In this document: positions 1 through 8,698 of the stretch, piece after piece
How the letters are laid out: each line of letters begins with the position of its first letter
Numbering within the stretch: position 1 is the stretch's first letter
Virus record (IMG/VR): IMGVR_UViG_3300020227_000034
Span: 1 to 53,722 of that record
Direction: 5' to 3' (one strand)
Source of the DNA: a virus
DNA length: 53,722 nucleotides
The notes under the pieces: model-generated
Seen by the model: the letters and a program-made list of their open reading frames with translations, nothing else
Databases searched by the model: none
What the model was told of the DNA's origin: nothing
Made by a program: the position numbers and the translations under genes

Positions 1-55
1 CGTATTGTTTTGCTAGTTTTGCCCTATTACTAAAACTAGAGTCTACTTTGATAGA
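1..55. repeat. Terminal overlap copy 1 (identical to 53668..53722)
   Basis: Exact 55-nt identity read directly: cgtattgttttgctagttttgccctattactaaaactagagtctactttgataga. Confidence 0.95.
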
Positions 56-784
56 GTTAAGATACGTTACAATACTGTTTCCAGTATATACATCGTTTTC
101 TTCTTTGGGTTGAGAGACTGGTTTAGGCTCTTGTTTTTGTGGTGTACTAGCAACAGTTGTACCATCTAAGTCTATGAACTCTTGACCATAGAAACGACAA
201 ATAGCTCTAGCATGAACTCTGGCCATCTCTTTGACATACTCTTCTTGCTTGCTACCAAACAACAACTCAAAGTCGTCATCAGTACCAGGCTCATCATTTG
301 TCATAAAACCGTTCTCAGTTAGGACTGCGGTCATCTCAGTCTCTCTACAGATATGAAGGTTAGTCCAGCTACCAGGTTGGCTTGCGTGAAGCCCATTACC
401 ATGTGTAGCATAACCAGCGTTGTTACATTCTTCAGCATACAGCTCTGCAAGTCTCTGAGCTGCCTCTGATGTGTACCAATAGAATGCACAACGACCTTCT
501 ACCTCGTCATTACTATTTGCATTGGCATGAATAGACCAAACTAAGTCTACCCCTAAGCTATTATAATAATCTGTACGTTCTGACAGAGGTACTTCATCTT
601 CGAATGGTTTTTGTATCATGGCTGTCTTGAATCCATTGTGCTCTAATAGATTAACTAACTCAATACCAGTCTTAGCATTGAAGTCATGCTCAGCATAACC
701 AACACCATTCACGTAAACACCCTTATTTGGTGGAAACGTATTCACACCATGTCCTATATCAACACCAATAGTTTCTCCTGCCAT
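1..784 (-). CDS. Endolysin, N-terminal part: N-acetylmuramoyl-L-alanine amidase (Amidase_3 / MurNAc-LAA type). The ORF runs off the window start and continues at 53667..53174.
   Basis: ATG at 784..782 follows the TAA of the upstream gene directly (TAAATG). My translation is MAGETIGVDIGHGVNTFPP...GVDLVWSIHANANS..., a zinc-amidase_3-like pattern. The frame stays open to base 1 and is in frame with 53174..53722 through the 55-bp overlap. Confidence 0.85.
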   Translation of the reverse strand, partial: MAGETIGVDIGHGVNTFPPNKGVYVNGVGYAEHDFNAKTGIELVNLLEHNGFKTAMIQKPFEDEVPLSERTDYYNSLGVDLVWSIHANANSNDEVEGRCAFYWYTSEAAQRLAELYAEECNNAGYATHGNGLHASQPGSWTNLHICRETEMTAVLTENGFMTNDEPGTDDDFELLFGSKQEEYVKEMARVHARAICRFYGQEFIDLDGTTVASTPQKQEPKPVSQPKEENDVYTGNSIVTYLNSIKVDSSFSNRAKLAKQY

Positions 785-1207
785 TTAATTCCCTCCCTTT
801 TGGTCGGTGTGCTCTGTCACACCTATATCATTATTATATCCTGGAACTTCTTTACCGTCAACCGCCATTTGTAGGCCTAAGAACATAATACCTACAACTA
901 AGGTCATGGAGGCCATAATGAAAGCACTCACTGTAGCTCTCCATAACCATTTAGATTTTTCCGCTTGCTCATTTGTCATTTTAAGTGCATCATCAGACTT
1001 ATCCAAGGCATCACGACTACGTTCATCTACGATTTTCAGGTCTTCAGCAATCTCCTTTCGCAGGTCAACTTGATTCTTGTGAGACTCTTCTAATCCTTGC
1101 AATCTTGATTCTACTCCTTTTATGGAACTGCTGACATCCTGTAGAGAGTCGTAGATTTCTCGCATTGTTATCATAATTCCCGGGTCCTGTCTCTCGTCTT
1201 TATTCAT
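785..1207 (-). CDS. xhlA: XhlA-like lysis-associated membrane protein (coiled-coil N-terminus, single C-terminal TM)
   Basis: 140 aa. Charged helical N-terminus followed by the hydrophobic span WLWRATVSAFIMASMTLVVGIMFLGL. RBS GAGGAGG. Sits immediately upstream of the amidase, as in PBSX-type lysis cassettes. Confidence 0.5.
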   Translation of the reverse strand: MNKDERQDPGIMITMREIYDSLQDVSSSIKGVESRLQGLEESHKNQVDLRKEIAEDLKIVDERSRDALDKSDDALKMTNEQAEKSKWLWRATVSAFIMASMTLVVGIMFLGLQMAVDGKEVPGYNNDIGVTEHTDQKGGN

Positions 1208-1218
1208 ATTGAGCCTCC

Positions 1219-4068
1219 TCAGTTTTGTGGGGGTAAAAACTTATACAGGCTTTCCGCTTCATTACCTAGTACCCAGAAACCTACACCAGCTAACTGCCAC
1301 TTAGACTTGGCCTGACTCATAAACTCTAAAATGGTGCTATTATCGTTGAAGTACGCAATAGAACCACCATCGGCGTCACAGATGAATGCAGCATGGAACC
1401 AAATGCCGATGTCCTGTGCTTCATATATTACCCTATAGTCGCCTGGAGGTAATGTGACTCTGTCTGTTTGATAATAGTCCCAATCCTTCGTGATAGAAAC
1501 ATTACGAGTATGGTCTTCTTCCATAGTTGGGTCAGTTAATAAGAACGAACCGTACTCATCTTCATACACCACATTAGTCCTATCAATCTTACCTATGTCA
1601 GAACTATCAAGAATAGTTCCATTAACATCAGCCACTAGTAGCCTGAACTTCTCTCTAGGATTATATCTAAGAGAATGATTCAAACTAAAGAGGTGATTTT
1701 CTGTCGCCGAATTTTTTGTGCGGAAGCCAGCAGAGCCAGTCATAGTCACACCCGTATCCCACGTCAATAACTTATCTAATGCACTTGTACCGGATGTTGC
1801 GGAATTTCCTCTGTATACTTCTATTATACCTTCACGAACCCTGACCTCGCAAGTGATTAGGGACTTTCCCGGTAAATAGACCGAATCCTTATGTGGATTA
1901 CCTGCATCACTAGTAGATACAAGAGGATTGAATACACCATTCACACATTCATATAAAGTACAATTACCATAATCACTACCGCCACTCTTAACAAACTGAG
2001 CCATATAAAAGTTGGATTCATCTTGTACGCCGACTAATATACCATAGTTGTTACCACCTCTAGAGAAGTTATATTGAGCACGCACATGTACGTTGTCAAA
2101 GTCCCCATTATTTATGAACCCAATAACTGTATCACCTGCAGGGGTAATGAGTGGCTCTGGGTATGTGCCTGTGATGGCATTATCCGGTGTAGAAGCCCGA
2201 CCGTTTTTAAAGAAGGTCCAATAAGAAGACATTAACGCTAGGCTACCATCGGCTGTTTTGTATCTCCAGTCATCAGGCCATACAGTAAAGTAATCTGGTG
2301 GACGTCTTAGCACTTCACACGCAATAACGAACTCATTATTATTAGGGTAGACATTACTCGGTGCAGGTAAGGAATCAGAGATGATATTACCCGCAGCATC
2401 ACGAGGTATATCTGAATTCATCCATCCTTTGAACTCTCTAACAACCCCGGTATATTCTGAAGAGCCTGCAGTCCATTTATTATGAAACGCCGGTGCTACT
2501 AGGAACTCACCTAAACGGAAACCAGAAGATGAATCTGGTGGTCCCTTTACAGTTATAAGATTAGACCCAGCATTTAAATTTACTGTACCGATGTGTACAT
2601 ACTGAAAAGCCATTCTACCAGGTCTCCACCAAGGTATGTGGTCTAACATAACTGGAACGCCATTTATCTCAATGTAGAGTGTGTCTTTATCGAAAAATGG
2701 TAATAGAGTATATAATACTAATTCCTTAGTACCACCTTCGGAGTTGAAATAGTAATTATATTCCCCTTGTACCTCATTTAATGTTGGGTTTGGTGTTTTG
2801 GTCGCAATGGAACCATCACTAGCTTCTTGCCATGCACCCGGCGGGTTTAAGTGTTTGTTAGTGTCCTCAACTGAAGGTATCCATCTTGTTTCTATTCCTT
2901 GTGGGAACAGGTCTGCTTCCTCTGCTTGTGTTTTTGCATATGTGACCGCATACTGTTTATTATTAGTAGGTTCGATTACTACAGACGGCCTATTCTTCAC
3001 ATCATAATCATTTGCATAAAGGTAATCATAAATGTGTAAGTAAAGATACGGGCAATGGTCTTCTAATTGATAAAAGCCAGCAAAAGGAATATAAGGTTGG
3101 GTTTGTGTATTACCTCTATATTTATCTGTGTGTGATAGTTTTCCATTCATCCAATCATACCAAGCCCACATACCACCCGAAGCACCTCTATAATCGTTTA
3201 TATTACCGTCTGAGTCCTCTACTTGTAACTGGGTTATATTCCAGCGAAAACCAAAACCACCTATACCCAAACTAACTTTATTGACTGGCATCACATCAAC
3301 AGCGTAATCGTATATAGAATCCATCCACCACTGTGGTTGAAGTGGTCCCGGAGCTGAACCTGCCCAAGCAAAGGCATAAGACATGATAATACAGCTATCG
3401 AAATAATTATGGAATCTACTGTAATCACACCATGCTTCCCAATAAGGAGTACCTGGACCTTCCATCGGAGGTAGACACCAATTAACATCTAAATTAGGGA
3501 AGGCTTTTACGGTATCATATAACATAGAGGCCATACTCAATACTTCATCCGCAGTACAATAATTACCTCGTTCCAAGTCAAAGTCTATACCATCAATAAA
3601 GTCCCACTCATTTATCAATCGTTCAACCTCAGCTTTGAACTTAGTTTGTGCTGGTTGTGCTTTGTTGCCTTGCCAGTTCTTACCTAAAGCTTTAAATAAC
3701 ATTCTGGCACCATCTTGCCGGATGGTAAGGTAGAATTTTAAATGTGGATGTAATTCTTTTATTCCACGCCAGTGGTCTATGAATGCCCGATATTCAGTTG
3801 GGTTAGTATCCATAGAATATTCTACTCCATCACTAGGTTTCCAGAACATATTCATCGTTGTAGTCTCATCGTTTAAATCACCGGACCACCCAGAAGTATC
3901 TAACGTATAACCACCATCAATACAATGAATAGTACCGTCTGGGTCAATTAGGAATTTAAAGAGACCGACACCGGAATATCGGTCCCCATACTGACTGATG
4001 CGGTCATATGCACTACTTGAGAATAACCAAGTGTAAAGTCGTCTGTGTTCCATATCTAATAGCGTCAC
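1219..4068 (-). CDS. Large distal tail protein carrying a glycoside hydrolase family 18-like domain (putative tail-associated glycosidase / receptor-binding protein)
   Basis: 949 aa, the last gene of the tail module. The GH18 catalytic signature DGxDxDxE is present as FIDGIDFDLE (nt 3571..3594). The C-terminal 60 aa (AYFNDNSTILEFMSQAKSKWQLAGVGFWVLGNEA) resemble the last strands of a GH18 barrel. Confidence 0.65.
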   Translation of the reverse strand: MTLLDMEHRRLYTWLFSSSAYDRISQYGDRYSGVGLFKFLIDPDGTIHCIDGGYTLDTSGWSGDLNDETTTMNMFWKPSDGVEYSMDTNPTEYRAFIDHWRGIKELHPHLKFYLTIRQDGARMLFKALGKNWQGNKAQPAQTKFKAEVERLINEWDFIDGIDFDLERGNYCTADEVLSMASMLYDTVKAFPNLDVNWCLPPMEGPGTPYWEAWCDYSRFHNYFDSCIIMSYAFAWAGSAPGPLQPQWWMDSIYDYAVDVMPVNKVSLGIGGFGFRWNITQLQVEDSDGNINDYRGASGGMWAWYDWMNGKLSHTDKYRGNTQTQPYIPFAGFYQLEDHCPYLYLHIYDYLYANDYDVKNRPSVVIEPTNNKQYAVTYAKTQAEEADLFPQGIETRWIPSVEDTNKHLNPPGAWQEASDGSIATKTPNPTLNEVQGEYNYYFNSEGGTKELVLYTLLPFFDKDTLYIEINGVPVMLDHIPWWRPGRMAFQYVHIGTVNLNAGSNLITVKGPPDSSSGFRLGEFLVAPAFHNKWTAGSSEYTGVVREFKGWMNSDIPRDAAGNIISDSLPAPSNVYPNNNEFVIACEVLRRPPDYFTVWPDDWRYKTADGSLALMSSYWTFFKNGRASTPDNAITGTYPEPLITPAGDTVIGFINNGDFDNVHVRAQYNFSRGGNNYGILVGVQDESNFYMAQFVKSGGSDYGNCTLYECVNGVFNPLVSTSDAGNPHKDSVYLPGKSLITCEVRVREGIIEVYRGNSATSGTSALDKLLTWDTGVTMTGSAGFRTKNSATENHLFSLNHSLRYNPREKFRLLVADVNGTILDSSDIGKIDRTNVVYEDEYGSFLLTDPTMEEDHTRNVSITKDWDYYQTDRVTLPPGDYRVIYEAQDIGIWFHAAFICDADGGSIAYFNDNSTILEFMSQAKSKWQLAGVGFWVLGNEAESLYKFLPPQN

Positions 4069-4736
4069 AGTTTTTTACCCCCCTTAGCAAGCCATCTAGG
4101 TATGATTTCTATTACCACTCTAGCTCGCTTATTTGTTGTTGGTTTAGCTACAGGCCTTGTGTTTTGCCACTCATCCCAAGCCCGTTGTTCTCCTGGAATA
4201 GATACCATGTACTTTATTTCACCACCTGCCGGGGCTCCGAGATAAAATCCGATGTAGTCTTCAAAATGATTACCATTCAACGTTACATCTCTCGGATTAG
4301 CATTGAATTGTAAAGTATCACCGGCCTTCAATGGACGTGTAATCCTAATATTTCTGGTCCGATACATTTGACCGAACTCTAAACTTGAAGACCCATAATA
4401 TTCGTTCTGAACATCGGCAGGTGTATCCATATCAGTATCAGCATGCACAGTCCAGTTGGCAAATCCTTCGGTATCGCCATCGTTAGGTACATACAGTTGT
4501 TTTTCCCCACGGACTACCGCGTTATAATAACGGTGTTGATTATCTTCCCACCATTCAATTATTTCATTAGTCTTATGAACCCAAGCAGTCACAAATTGCC
4601 CGGCTTGTAATTGTAAGTCTGTGTAAAAGACATTACCTGTAGCATTCTCCATTACAAGGGCTAAATTAATATTGTCAACCTTTTTATCCTTATGAATGTT
4701 TTCAATTGTTTTAAAATAACGTTTCCAACTAAGCAT
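4065..4736 (-). CDS. Tail-associated protein (putative carbohydrate-binding / baseplate component)
   Basis: 223 aa. Its start overlaps the stop of the upstream 63-aa ORF by 8 nt, and its stop overlaps the start of the GH18 gene. Shares an NA(S/T)GxV..TD(I/L)x(M/L)Q(G/A)G...(T/A)xW segment with the 63-aa ORF. Confidence 0.6.
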   Translation of the reverse strand: MLSWKRYFKTIENIHKDKKVDNINLALVMENATGNVFYTDLQLQAGQFVTAWVHKTNEIIEWWEDNQHRYYNAVVRGEKQLYVPNDGDTEGFANWTVHADTDMDTPADVQNEYYGSSSLEFGQMYRTRNIRITRPLKAGDTLQFNANPRDVTLNGNHFEDYIGFYLGAPAGGEIKYMVSIPGEQRAWDEWQNTRPVAKPTTNKRARVVIEIIPRWLAKGGKKL

Positions 4737-4920
4737 TGAAGCTCCACTCCAGTTCAGATGGATGGCCAGTCCACAGGGTAGCTAGGGTACCACCTTGCAT
4801 CATGATATCCGTAATATTAACTGTACCCGAAGCATTATATACAACTAGGTTGACCTCTACTTTTGTTACTTTCTTACCATTAGTAGAGATTTTACCAGCA
4901 ATACGTGTGAAGTTTTTCAT
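4729..4920 (-). CDS. Small tail-module protein, paralogous to the N-terminal segment of the next ORF
   Basis: 63 aa with RBS AAGGAGG upstream (ttgtaaggaggtactaagATG). Lies in the tail module. Confidence 0.55.
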   Translation of the reverse strand: MKNFTRIAGKISTNGKKVTKVEVNLVVYNASGTVNITDIMMQGGTLATLWTGHPSELEWSFNA

Positions 4921-4932
4921 CTTAGTACCTCC

Positions 4933-7860
4933 TTACAATTCTATGAATTGCTCTTCGGACGTTCCATCCTCGTAGTTAACTACTACTTTAATACCCACTT
5001 TTGCGTCTTGATGTTTTACAAGGTCCTCGGCAGCAATATAAGCAGAGAACGTATAGTTGTCTCGTGTTGATGGGTATACTGTTTGGTTAAGTTCTTGTTT
5101 AGTACCAGCACCACCGCCAACTATTTTAAACGAGTTATGGTTAGATACTCCGTTTAGGCTATCTACATATATATTACCCGAAGGTGTCCAATAATTCAAC
5201 CCCGAATCTGCTCGCGAGTTCTGTAGGTAGTTAAATATCATCATGTCCTGAATTTCTGTTTTATCTACGGCGTCGGCATTATCTAATCTACCTTCACCCT
5301 CTTGGCCTATAGCAGCGCCTTCATCACCGAGCTCTTTAATTTTTGTACTCAGTTGTAGTTTGGACTTCCACGGTTGTAGTAAATCTAATTTTCTGGACAC
5401 AATTTTAACTGGCACTAACTCGTTGAGCAAATCTTCTTCCTCAATTAAAGCTTGTGTTCTTAAATCAGGTATCTCGTGACTAAACTTAGGAAGCACAGAT
5501 AAATCTAAAATCTCGATTTCATATGACACAGTAGGCCTAGACCATTCAGCTAACTTTTCCACACCCTTCTCTTTTAAGTGAAAGATGTTATGGAACCGGT
5601 TATCCGTCCAGTCGGCTTCTTTAACAATTGCAGGCATCCCTCTATCTGTGAACCAAGAATAGTTCTCCAAGTAAGGGACGTTATTATTCGCAGGTGCAAT
5701 AGTTACTCCATTAGCACCGTAAGGGAATAACTTAGTAACAAGCCCTTGTGTGTTTATATTACGCTTGATACTCTTCATGTTTTTTCGCCTGCGGATGGAG
5801 TAGCCTGTGTCGATGTTTTTGTTTAGTAGGGACACTTGTTTGTTGACGTTATCAAATACAATGTCTCCGCCCCAAACCTCTTGGATACCCCGAATATGCT
5901 TAAGAGGATTCTGTTTCTTTTCTACCACATAATCCCGAAGTTCGAATCCGGGGTCAATAACACCGACAGTCCAACCCGTACCAGCAACTACATGTTTTAA
6001 TGGCTCATCAGGATAAACATCCCGAAAGTCTAAATTAGCTATTTTTGGTTTAGTTGCTAAGTCATACCAAGCAGCCTCACAATGGAACTCTCTAATCTTC
6101 TGCCCTTCCGCTGACACAGAGTCTGTGATATCTCTGATGTAAAATCTGTTATAAGGATTGCCTTTCTCATCTTCAATATCTACACGGAACTCATTGAAGA
6201 GCTCTTTAGCTTTTTGTGTGTACTTCATTCCGAAGGTCATAGTCTCATCACCATTATTAGCATCCTCTAAAATAGCAGATTCTAATTTATTTAGGTTGGC
6301 AACAAGCTTGTCGTTGTTATCGTACACCTTAGGTATCACCTTAACCACATTTACTACAGCTTGTGGTGATGTATCCTCAAAGGTTATTTCTTCTATAAGC
6401 GGCGTCCGCGCCCCATCATTACTTTTAAGTGTAAGCCTTACTTGAATGTGTCTGTAATTAGGCGATTGAATTCTACCTGCAGAGTCGACGACCAGCCAAT
6501 CGCTGAAGTTAATACCATCTGCAGATGTCCTGGTCTCAGCTACAAGTACTGTATAACCATATGGAGCATTACCCTTGATTTGTAACATACCAAGCTCTGG
6601 GAATGGATTCTGTAAATCAACTACAGGTGAAATATAAGTTCCCTCACTTACATACCGGCCACCTTCTTGTTTTAAAAGGATGGACCCTGGTTGAGAGCTA
6701 TAATCAATATTTACAGTTTCTACATCCCTGGAAGCCGTATAAAAGCTATGCAGGTCTGACGGTTGGTCATATGCATACTCTAAAAACCAACCAGAGAACC
6801 AGCCCTGAAACAAATAAGCACCATCCATATGTCCAAATGATAATGGCCTAGAATTTAGTGTTGTTGGTGGAGTATTAGCCCCATTATATAATAAGGGTAT
6901 CTCCACCGAACGCTCATTAACAGTTAGCATTAACGTAGTTGTACTTCGGTCATAGGCTAAAGCAATAAAATACTTCTGCCCAGCTACCAGTGATTCTCCA
7001 TAAATATTAGACCCATTTACTTGGTCGACGTTCTGGCTATAAATCCTGACATGTGGGATACCGTTATTTAGAGCTAGGTGAAATATAGGACTCTCACCAC
7101 TTCCCGACCTAGTAGTAGCAATCATAGCCCAAGTAGCCGATACATCAGATGCTGTAGGTTCAATCCAACCACCAATAGTCCAGCTATCCATATTTTCAAT
7201 GGGTTTTGATACTACAGCAGAGTCGAAGTTCTCAGATGTCTGCAATACTGAATCTACATAAAATTCAATATCATCTACGTAGACTAGGTTATCATTGCCA
7301 CCACCAGCACCATCGCGAATGTACTCTAGGCGGACAGTATGTGTTCCTTCTGTTAATGCTCGAGTGTATTGTGTCCAAGGGATTTCACCATCTACTTCAA
7401 TATCAATAACCCCATCAATATAAATACGTAAGTGGTCATAACGGTCCTCAGTCGATACATAATACATTAATCTGATTTCGCCTGTAGAACCAGTAGGTAC
7501 GTCAACAGTAAATTCTGTAGCTGAGATAGCTCCATAGTAATCATGCCCTGGATTTTGCGATACATAACAATGTGTACCAGAGTATGGGTGGGTAGTAGTT
7601 AATTCCCAATCCCCCTTAAAATTAAAGGCCGGATTCCAAATAACCTTGTTCTCTACGTTGACATAGGACCCATTCATTAAGATACCATCATCGTGTGCAT
7701 AATGACCCGTACCATAAAAAGTACCGTGGTAGCCATTACCAGAGTCATCAGTCCAAGTACCATCTGATAAGTTCCATAAAGCTCTAGTCTCTGGTTTATT
7801 TATTCTTTTACCTGAAAACTGTTGCATTGTTGTAATTATAGGGTATGCCATTATATCCAC
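4933..7860 (-). CDS. Tail tip protein (Tal-like; prophage tail endopeptidase-type region in the C-terminal half, LamG/concanavalin-like region in the N-terminal half)
   Basis: 975 aa, immediately after the Dit-like gene. The N-terminal WNLSDGTWTDDSGNGYHGTFYG is typical of LamG-type domains. Residues about 500 onward (VIPKVYDNNDKLVANL...RFYIRDITDS) resemble siphophage Tal N-terminal regions. Confidence 0.6.
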   Translation of the reverse strand: MDIMAYPIITTMQQFSGKRINKPETRALWNLSDGTWTDDSGNGYHGTFYGTGHYAHDDGILMNGSYVNVENKVIWNPAFNFKGDWELTTTHPYSGTHCYVSQNPGHDYYGAISATEFTVDVPTGSTGEIRLMYYVSTEDRYDHLRIYIDGVIDIEVDGEIPWTQYTRALTEGTHTVRLEYIRDGAGGGNDNLVYVDDIEFYVDSVLQTSENFDSAVVSKPIENMDSWTIGGWIEPTASDVSATWAMIATTRSGSGESPIFHLALNNGIPHVRIYSQNVDQVNGSNIYGESLVAGQKYFIALAYDRSTTTLMLTVNERSVEIPLLYNGANTPPTTLNSRPLSFGHMDGAYLFQGWFSGWFLEYAYDQPSDLHSFYTASRDVETVNIDYSSQPGSILLKQEGGRYVSEGTYISPVVDLQNPFPELGMLQIKGNAPYGYTVLVAETRTSADGINFSDWLVVDSAGRIQSPNYRHIQVRLTLKSNDGARTPLIEEITFEDTSPQAVVNVVKVIPKVYDNNDKLVANLNKLESAILEDANNGDETMTFGMKYTQKAKELFNEFRVDIEDEKGNPYNRFYIRDITDSVSAEGQKIREFHCEAAWYDLATKPKIANLDFRDVYPDEPLKHVVAGTGWTVGVIDPGFELRDYVVEKKQNPLKHIRGIQEVWGGDIVFDNVNKQVSLLNKNIDTGYSIRRRKNMKSIKRNINTQGLVTKLFPYGANGVTIAPANNNVPYLENYSWFTDRGMPAIVKEADWTDNRFHNIFHLKEKGVEKLAEWSRPTVSYEIEILDLSVLPKFSHEIPDLRTQALIEEEDLLNELVPVKIVSRKLDLLQPWKSKLQLSTKIKELGDEGAAIGQEGEGRLDNADAVDKTEIQDMMIFNYLQNSRADSGLNYWTPSGNIYVDSLNGVSNHNSFKIVGGGAGTKQELNQTVYPSTRDNYTFSAYIAAEDLVKHQDAKVGIKVVVNYEDGTSEEQFIEL
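5784..5795 (+). repeat. Oriented 12-mer TTCRCCTGCGGR, copy 1
   Basis: ttcgcctgcgga. Confidence 0.8.
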
Positions 7861-8651
7861 CTCGACTCAGGGTCAATCGTTATATTTGATATAGTGAAAT
7901 CAGTTGTCACCGCAATATTTACATTATTTGCTCCTAATGGTAACACTGGGAACACATTGTTCGTATCATTGAGAACATTACTTCTTTCTCCAACAGAGTT
8001 AACTTTATACGCAGTCATGTCATCTGTATAAACTGTAACCCTATCACCAGTAGATAAAGGACCGTCATAAGTGAAAGTTTTACCCCCAAAAGTGATATCT
8101 ACCTTACCTGAAGTATTAGTACCTTCGATGGTAATAACTGGTGCAGCCTCTTCATTACCTAAATTGTCTAGGTTGTAGTCGCCTGCGGAGGTTATATTGA
8201 GTGGTCCTTCTGTTCTAGAGTAGGCGTAAGGGTCTGGGGCTACCATTGATAGTGAGAACTCCCCTTGCCTAGCATTCTGGTTTAAAGCTTGTGCAGAACC
8301 GAACCGACGCGCATAGTACATTTTGTCAGGCTCCGTATCCCACCACAATTCACCCAGACCCTTCGCAGGTGAAAGCCAGGATGAAATAGCTCTACGCTTA
8401 GCTCTTAAATCAGATTCATCATTAGCACGTAACACCAAGTTGAATTCTATCTCTCTTACACCAAGTTGCCCACCAAAATCATAAGACCCTGCAGTACCAG
8501 GTCTGTCTTCTAAGGCATCTAAGGATTCTACTAGGAAATCAATTGGTGATTTAGTCAACCATAAATCAAAATCTCTCCCTGAATGTAACCCTTTATAAGT
8601 AAACCCGTACGTGTCTCTTGGTAAGCTACCTGCAATAATCATAGTTACCAC
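7851..8651 (-). CDS. Distal tail protein (Dit-like)
   Basis: 266 aa, directly downstream of the tape measure gene. RBS GGAGGTGG. Assigned by synteny. Confidence 0.65.
   Translation of the reverse strand: MVTMIIAGSLPRDTYGFTYKGLHSGRDFDLWLTKSPIDFLVESLDALEDRPGTAGSYDFGGQLGVREIEFNLVLRANDESDLRAKRRAISSWLSPAKGLGELWWDTEPDKMYYARRFGSAQALNQNARQGEFSLSMVAPDPYAYSRTEGPLNITSAGDYNLDNLGNEEAAPVITIEGTNTSGKVDITFGGKTFTYDGPLSTGDRVTVYTDDMTAYKVNSVGERSNVLNDTNNVFPVLPLGANNVNIAVTTDFTISNITIDPESRWI
8178..8189 (+). repeat. Oriented 12-mer, copy 2
   Basis: gtcgcctgcgga. Confidence 0.8.
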
Positions 8652-8698
8652 CTCCTACTATTATTATATCATATGTACAAAAAAATAGCCCTCGATTA

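Noticed and set aside
1-55. The 55-bp direct repeat at both window ends, considered as a biological terminal repeat (DTR).
   Set aside because: It lies inside the endolysin ORF, which reads through the junction in frame. Its length equals a standard assembler k-mer (55). A circularisation artefact is the simplest explanation, though only read mapping can prove it.
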